Of a DNA stretch of 32,000 nt, positions 27,507-32,000 are shown in pieces. The notes beneath the pieces were generated by a model, which was given only the letters and a program-made list of their open reading frames with translations, ran no database searches and was not told the DNA's origin. The position numbers and the translations under genes are program-made. The stretch covers positions 71,770 to 103,769 of the forward strand of contig NZ_CAADHO010000006.1 of the NCBI RefSeq assembly GCF_900699765.1. The letters run 5' to 3'. How positions within the stretch are numbered: the stretch's first letter is position 1; each line of letters starts with the position of its first letter. This stretch comes from Desulfoluna butyratoxydans. GTDB taxonomy: Bacteria > Desulfobacterota > Desulfobacteria > Desulfobacterales > Desulfolunaceae.

Positions 27507-28280
27507 ATGAATATGAAACTCTTTGATACCCATGCCCACCTTCAGGATCCCCGTGTGGCAGGGGATATGGACGCCATGATGGCCCGGGCCCGCTCCGTTG
27601 GGGTTGCCCGCGTCCTTTCTTGCGGTACCCGGGAAGAGGACTGGGGGGCGCTGGCAGGGCTTGCCGGCCGCCATCCCGAGATCCTTCCTGCGTTCGGGGT
27701 GCACCCCTGGTTCATCGAGACCCTTTCCCCGGACTGGGTCAATGCTTTAGGGCAGCGCATGACAAACGATGCGGCCGCCGTGGGGGAGATCGGCCTTGAT
27801 TTTGCCGTGGACGGCCTGGACCGGGGCAAGCAGGAGGCGGTGTTTCTCTCCCAGCTTCGGCTGGCCAAGGCCTTGAGGCGGCCTGTCTCCATGCACTGCC
27901 GCAAGGCGTGGGGCCGCCTGGTGGAGCTTTTAAAACAGGAAGGGGGCCTGCCCCATGGCGGCGCCATCCATGCCTTCTCCGGCTCCGTGGAGATGGTCCG
28001 TGAGTGCCTGCGCCTCGGCGCCTTTTTCTCTTTTTCCGGCTCCATCACCCGCCCGGCCAACCACAAAGCCAAAAAAGCCGCGGCTGCCGTGCCGGACCAT
28101 CGGCTTTTGATTGAAACCGACAGCCCGGACATGCTCCCGGCTGAGGTTCCCGGGCCTTTGAATGAGCCCGCCCATGTGATACACGTCGTGAACACACTGG
28201 CCGCCGTACGCGAAACCACCCCTGACGAGATCGCCCAAACCACCTGGGAGAATGCGGTGCGGTTGTTTGGAGGTAACTAA
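27507..28280 (+). CDS. TatD-family metal-dependent hydrolase (DNase)
   Basis: Motifs DTHAHL, GEIGLDF, SMHCR, HAFSGS and ETDSPD. ATG 27507 or 27513; no clear RBS. Confidence 0.85.
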   Translation: MNMKLFDTHAHLQDPRVAGDMDAMMARARSVGVARVLSCGTREEDWGALAGLAGRHPEILPAFGVHPWFIETLSPDWVNALGQRMTNDAAAVGEIGLDFAVDGLDRGKQEAVFLSQLRLAKALRRPVSMHCRKAWGRLVELLKQEGGLPHGGAIHAFSGSVEMVRECLRLGAFFSFSGSITRPANHKAKKAAAAVPDHRLLIETDSPDMLPAEVPGPLNEPAHVIHVVNTLAAVRETTPDEIAQTTWENAVRLFGGN

Positions 28281-28606
28281 TCAGCGCCAAAAAGCCTCCG
28301 GTGGCCCTGCCGGGGGGCAAGCTTTTGAAAAGCTTGACAAACAGACTTTAAAATTGCCCCTCCTCCTTGGAGGTAGTCCGGTTAAAGCTGATAATTAACG
28401 AGTTCCGATAATGAATCTTAGCCCTTCAAGGCTTGTCGTATCGCTCGTACAAACCACCAGCATATGTTTCGGGCGAAGCCCGAGCCGAAGGCCCTTGCGC
28501 TTTGGCCCGAGGAACGAGGGGCAAAGCGCAAGGGCTATATGCTTTCGAGGTGGCTCACCTCGCCGCCGGAGGCAGGCTTTTCCATGCACTTTAACCATAG
28601 AAGGCA
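28273..28606. repeat. Mosaic repeat cluster R6: M2(+) 28294-28344 and M1(-) 28440-28606 (H3, H2, H1, 12-mer, outer flank)
   Basis: gcctccggtggc at 28294-28305 and gccgccggaggc at 28562-28573. H1 at 28547-28561, H2 at 28492-28534 (13/13 bp), H3 at 28469-28483. The M1 unit is roughly 85% identical by eye to 21018-21177 in inverted orientation. Confidence 0.85.
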
Positions 28607-28618
28607 ACGATTTCAGAT

Positions 28619-29362
28619 ATGACGACACCAACGCGCCATGCGCGAACAGAGCAGCTTCTCGGGCGAGATGGGCTGGATAGATTGCGGGAAGCCCACGTAA
28701 CCATCTGCGGGCTGGGGGCTGTTGGCTCCTTTGCGGCCGAGGCCCTGGCCCGGGCCGGGGTGGGGAAGCTGACCCTCGTGGACTACGACGTGGTGAGCGA
28801 GAGCAACATCAACCGCCAGCTCTACGCCCTCTCCTCCACGGTGGGCATGAAAAAATCGGCCGTGGCCGAGGCGCGCATCAAGGACATCAACCCGGAGTGC
28901 GAGGTGACGGTCTTCGACTGCTTCATCAACGAAGAGACCACGGACACCATTCTGGACCGTCCCATGGACGTGGTGGTGGACGCCATCGACAGCCTCTCTT
29001 CAAAAGTGTTTCTCATCATCAACGCCAAAGAGCGCAACATCCCCATCGTGGCCAGCATGGGGGCCGCAGGAAAGCTCGACGCCAACCTCATCACCTCCGG
29101 CGACATCTCCGAGACCCGTATCTGCCCCCTGGCCAAGAGCGTGCGCCGACGGCTCCACAAAAAAGGGGTGTTTGACGGCGTCCGCTGCGTCTACTCCACC
29201 GAACCCGCCCGCAAGAATCCCTCCACCACCGGCGAAGAACCCACCGACGACGGCCAGCGCATCGCTCCGGTCCTCGGCAGCATTTCTTACCTGACCGCCA
29301 TTTTTGGACTCAAGGCCGCCGGAGAAGCCATCGGGGTGATTCTGGATGGTCAAAGCGCATAA
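28619..29362 (+). CDS. tcdA: tRNA threonylcarbamoyladenosine dehydratase (TcdA/CsdL, ThiF/MoeB E1-like family)
   Basis: Contains GLGAVGSFAAEALARAGVGKLTLVDYDVVSESNINRQ. Its 247 aa and lack of a C-terminal rhodanese or Cys domain fit TcdA better than MoeB/ThiF. Confidence 0.8.
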   Translation: MTTPTRHARTEQLLGRDGLDRLREAHVTICGLGAVGSFAAEALARAGVGKLTLVDYDVVSESNINRQLYALSSTVGMKKSAVAEARIKDINPECEVTVFDCFINEETTDTILDRPMDVVVDAIDSLSSKVFLIINAKERNIPIVASMGAAGKLDANLITSGDISETRICPLAKSVRRRLHKKGVFDGVRCVYSTEPARKNPSTTGEEPTDDGQRIAPVLGSISYLTAIFGLKAAGEAIGVILDGQSA

Positions 29363-29384
29363 CCTCGGGTCTCCTGTACCTGGC

Positions 29385-29690
29385 TCAGTTTGCCTCCGGC
29401 GGCCAGGGAATGAATTCCCTGGACCCCAGTTCGCACATGCTCCTTCCCTTCGTTCCTCAGGGGCGTCACATGTGCTGGCGGGCTACGCCCGCAGGGTCAA
29501 CGCATTTAAAAATTCAGTTGCCTCCGGCGGGTCGCTTTTTGAAAAAAGCTCCGCAGAAACTTTCCGGTAATAAAAAAAGAAGGGGCTATGCCCTGTAGGG
29601 ACGCATTCTCAAAAAACAAAACCTGTTTATCAAACTTTTCAAAAGGTTGGCCCCCGGCAGGGCCGCCGGAGGCTTGTTTGGCCTGAATGA
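29385..29690. repeat. Mosaic repeat cluster R7: M1(+) 29392-29492 (H1, H2, H3), M3(+) 29520-29554, M2(-) 29622-29673
   Basis: 12-mers at 29392-29403 (+), 29520-29531 (+, gcctccggcggg) and 29662-29673 (-). H1 CAGGGAatgaatTCCCTG at 29404-29421, H2 at 29433-29475, H3 gcgggctacgcccgc at 29478-29492. Confidence 0.85.
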
Positions 29691-29693
29691 TAC

Positions 29694-29733
29694 AAAAAAG
29701 CCCTCAGCCGATCTATGGAGATCAGCCGAGGGC
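29694..29733 (-). terminator. Rho-independent terminator of the alpha/beta hydrolase gene
   Basis: On the minus strand, gccctcggctgatc pairs with gatcggctgagggc over 14 positions: 12 Watson-Crick pairs and 2 G:U wobbles. On the plus strand those two positions would be C:A mismatches, so the hairpin functions on the minus strand. Loop tccata, followed by tttttt. Confidence 0.75.
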
Positions 29734-29790
29734 TTTTGTCTTAGGGGGGCATGGTCACATCCCGGGTCCATGCGGCAGTGGGCTACACGC

Positions 29791-30378
29791 CTACAATTTT
29801 TCCAGGAACCTTACCAGGTGGCGATGGAAGGTTTCGGTCTGGTTGAGGTAGGTGGGGTGACCGCCTTCGGGGAGGATCACCACTTCGCTGTCGGCCAGGA
29901 CGCTGTCCAGGATGTGGGCGTTTTCCACGGGGACGATGGGGTCGTTGTCGCCCCAGATGATGAGGAAGGGCAGGGAGGTGCCCTTGAGGGCGCCGGCGTT
30001 TTCGGGGATGCCCAGGGGCGCGGGAGCCACCACGGCGGCAAAATCCGAGGGGTGCTCGGAGATGACGGGCAGGGCGTACTCGCCGCTGAAGGAGGGGGCC
30101 ACGATGATGGGGGCGGTGACGCCCAGGGCCTCGATGATCAGGGGGAGGACCTGCTCTTTTGCGATGTCGGCGGCAGGGGACTGGCCGTAGCCGGGCAGGT
30201 CCACGGCGATGGCGTCGAAGCCTTTGTCTGCGAGCAGATCAAGGGTACCCAGCTCTTCCCAGTTAAGGGATGAAAAACGCATCCCGTGAAGGAAGATCAC
30301 GCTTTGTTTGTTTTCTTCGCCGCTCCTGCGAAGAAAGATATCGGTTTCCTGGATACGAATGGTCTGATGGTTGGGCAT
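29791..30378 (-). CDS. Alpha/beta-fold hydrolase
   Basis: 195 aa. Oxyanion-region FLHGMRFSS, nucleophile-elbow-like PSFSG, and a C-terminal GGHPTYL histidine region. Confidence 0.75.
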   Translation of the reverse strand: MPNHQTIRIQETDIFLRRSGEENKQSVIFLHGMRFSSLNWEELGTLDLLADKGFDAIAVDLPGYGQSPAADIAKEQVLPLIIEALGVTAPIIVAPSFSGEYALPVISEHPSDFAAVVAPAPLGIPENAGALKGTSLPFLIIWGDNDPIVPVENAHILDSVLADSEVVILPEGGHPTYLNQTETFHRHLVRFLEKL

Positions 30379-30454
30379 GGGTCACATCTCCTCATGGTTC
30401 TGATGTTTAAATAAGCCGGTGTGCCTGTGAGGCGGCTGCATGGATGATGTCGCA

Positions 30455-30479
30455 GTTCTGATATATCAGATATCAGAAC
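30455..30479. promoter_or_regulatory. Perfect 10-bp inverted repeat GTTCTGATAT-N5-ATATCAGAAC, a candidate operator upstream of the hydrolase gene
   Basis: The arms at 30455-30464 and 30470-30479 are exact reverse complements. It lies 77-101 nt upstream of the minus-strand start at 30378. Confidence 0.4.
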
Positions 30480-30724
30480 GGTGTGGAAGCAGACTTTTTT
30501 CAAGGGGGGCTGGCCGAAGGGGCCTCACCTTTCCCCACTGCATGGGGTGGTCGCGCGGAACCCTTTTGTATGATGGCATATGTGGTGTCTGTCATCTCGT
30601 GTGTTCTCATCAAAGCATCATCACAATGTTCAGAAAACCACGAAATCGGCGAAAAACCAAGGACAAAAAGCGGGGCCGGTTGCATCCTTTTAGTGGGGGG
30701 GATATAGATGGCTGAGAGCTGACG

Positions 30725-30794
30725 CTAAGGCAAAAGGCAAAAGGCGAAGGGCTAAGGGCAAAGGGCAAAGGGCTAAGGGCTAAGGGCTAAAGGT
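30725..30794 (+). repeat. Tandem heptanucleotide repeat, about 10 units of NAARGGC (TAAGGGC/AAAGGGC)
   Basis: The units read ctaaggc aaaaggc aaaaggc gaagggc taagggc aaagggc aaagggc taagggc taagggc taaaggt. Six consecutive GGG tracts are spaced by 4 nt (30749-30786). Confidence 0.9.
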
Positions 30795-30862
30795 GGGAGG
30801 TTCGGGTGGCCTTTGATTTTGTTGTTTCATTTTTAACCCCACGATGAGAAACAGGCGGTGGT

Positions 30863-31456
30863 ATGGATGGGTACAGGGTTCCGGTGGGAAGGCACCGGGT
30901 GGAAGAGAAGATCGGGGGGAGCCTGTTTATCGCAACGGCCGAGAGGGTCTCGTCCGCGGAGGAGGCAAAGGGGTTTGTGGATGCCATGAAGCGTGAGTTT
31001 CGAGACGCCACCCACAACTGCCACGCCTTTGTGGCCGGGCCACCGGGGGCTTCGGCCTCGGGCATGGGGGACGACGGAGAGCCCCGGGGCACGGCCGGGC
31101 CGCCCATGCATCAGGTGCTTGTCCATTGCGGCATCGGTGAGATCGCTGTGGTGGTGACCCGGTATTACGGAGGCACCAAGCTGGGCACGGGTGGGCTGGT
31201 GCGGGCATACGGGGGCATGGTAAAACGGTGTCTGGAGGAGATTCCCACCACTTTTTTCGCCACCTCTGAGCCGGTGGCCCTGACCGTGGCCTACGCAGAC
31301 CTTTCGGCGGTGAAGCGGGAGGTGGAGGCCCACGGCGGCGAGGTGCTCAGCGAGTTGTTCACGGCGGTAGTGGGGCTGTCGGTGAGGCTGCCCGAGGAGT
31401 CGAAGACCTTATTTTTAGAGCGCGTATCACGCATGGCAACCATGACGGAGGAGTAG
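30863..31456 (+). CDS. yigZ: YigZ / IMPACT-family protein
   Basis: Motifs SLFIATAERVSSAEEAKGFV, ATHNCHAFV, DDGEPRGTAGPPM and VVVTRYYGGTKLGTGGLVRAY. Confidence 0.8.
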   Translation: MDGYRVPVGRHRVEEKIGGSLFIATAERVSSAEEAKGFVDAMKREFRDATHNCHAFVAGPPGASASGMGDDGEPRGTAGPPMHQVLVHCGIGEIAVVVTRYYGGTKLGTGGLVRAYGGMVKRCLEEIPTTFFATSEPVALTVAYADLSAVKREVEAHGGEVLSELFTAVVGLSVRLPEESKTLFLERVSRMATMTEE

Positions 31457-32000
31457 ATGGCGGTGGATGATTACATCCGGGGCATGACCGGGCACGAGGT
31501 GTTCTCGCACCATATTGCCGCCCACAAGGTCATCCCGGGGCGAGAAGCTTCCCTCGGGGAGCTTAACCCGCCGTTGCCCGGTGCCCTTGATGCAGCGGTA
31601 AAGGGGATGGGGGTGGAGCGCCTGTACAGCCATCAGGTGGCAGCCATCGAGGCCATCAGGCGGGGTGAGCACACGGTGGTGGCCACGCCCACGGCCAGCG
31701 GCAAGAGCCTTATTTACAACCTCCCGGTGATGGAGGCGGTGCTGGAGACTCCCGACACCCACGCCCTCTACCTTTTCCCTCTGAAAGCCCTGGCCCAGGA
31801 TCAGCTCAGGGGCCTTGAGCGTCTTACCTCTGCCGTGTTTGCGGCGGATCCGGTGACGGCGGCCATCTACGACGGTGACACCCCGCCCCATGCGCGCAAG
31901 AAGATCCGCACCCGTCCGCCCCATGTCCTCATGACCAACCCGGAGATGCTGCATCTCTCCATCCTTCCCTACCATGCCTCCTGGGCCACGTTTCTGCGGG
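31457..32000 (+). CDS. DEAD/DEAH-box helicase, YprA/MrfA-like (COG1205 type), 3' end beyond the window
   Basis: Translated manually because the ORF track lacks it (no stop within the window). The ATG at 31457 directly follows the yigZ TAG. Sequence: [10 protein letters not shown]...[41 protein letters not shown]...[14 protein letters not shown]-motif and Walker A are present, and the frame is open to nt 32000. Confidence 0.8.
   Translation, partial: MAVDDYIRGMTGHEVFSHHIAAHKVIPGREASLGELNPPLPGALDAAVKGMGVERLYSHQVAAIEAIRRGEHTVVATPTASGKSLIYNLPVMEAVLETPDTHALYLFPLKALAQDQLRGLERLTSAVFAADPVTAAIYDGDTPPHARKKIRTRPPHVLMTNPEMLHLSILPYHASWATFLR

Noticed and set aside
30440-30715. ORF of 91 aa (and overlapping 74 aa and 61 aa ORFs) in the hydrolase/yigZ gap.
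   Set aside because: It has no RBS, an Arg/Gly/Cys-rich atypical composition and no recognisable motif. The region is better explained as regulatory or non-coding.

Overview
High-GC (roughly 60%) bacterial chromosomal window with about 31 protein-coding genes. I saw no rRNA, tRNA, CRISPR, transposase, integrase or phage genes. The gene content suggests an anaerobic, probably sulfate-reducing Desulfobacterota-type organism; this is inference only, based on a tungsten-type aldehyde:ferredoxin oxidoreductase, FeoAB, SelU, PAS-rich sensor kinases and an HgcB-like ferredoxin. Gene order, left to right: a PAS histidine kinase truncated at the left edge; pterin-4a-carbinolamine dehydratase; a small beta-barrel OMP; an SRPBCC protein plus a small membrane protein; RidA; a periplasmic-binding-fold transmembrane receptor with an unusual Cys/His C-terminal module; a second PAS histidine kinase; a MerR/GyrI-like regulator; a MarR regulator with a split two-gene permease; livKHMGF on the minus strand; a 2x[4Fe-4S] ferredoxin; a TRIC/UPF0126 channel; ArfB; SelU; a class II aldolase; AOR; a FeoB-associated Cys-rich peptide with feoA and feoB; TatD; TcdA; an alpha/beta hydrolase; YigZ; and the 5' part of a DEAD/DEAH helicase. 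The gene calls do not explain one main signal: a dense family of mosaic intergenic repeats. Sixteen copies of the 12-mer GCCTCCGGCGGC lie in 7 intergenic clusters between nt 9600 and 29700. Every cluster is bounded by a convergent (+)/(-) pair of 12-mers. Each 12-mer is attached to one of three hairpin modules, and the stems of these hairpins change sequence between copies while staying complementary. Secondary observations: the receptor's CxxC...H...H..CxxC output module; a structured, attenuator-like feoA leader with a GTTGAA direct-repeat array; a heptanucleotide tandem repeat forming a canonical G-quadruplex motif upstream of yigZ; duplicated MarR operator boxes; and several isolated palindromes. 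All family assignments come from motif recognition by eye, with no database search.
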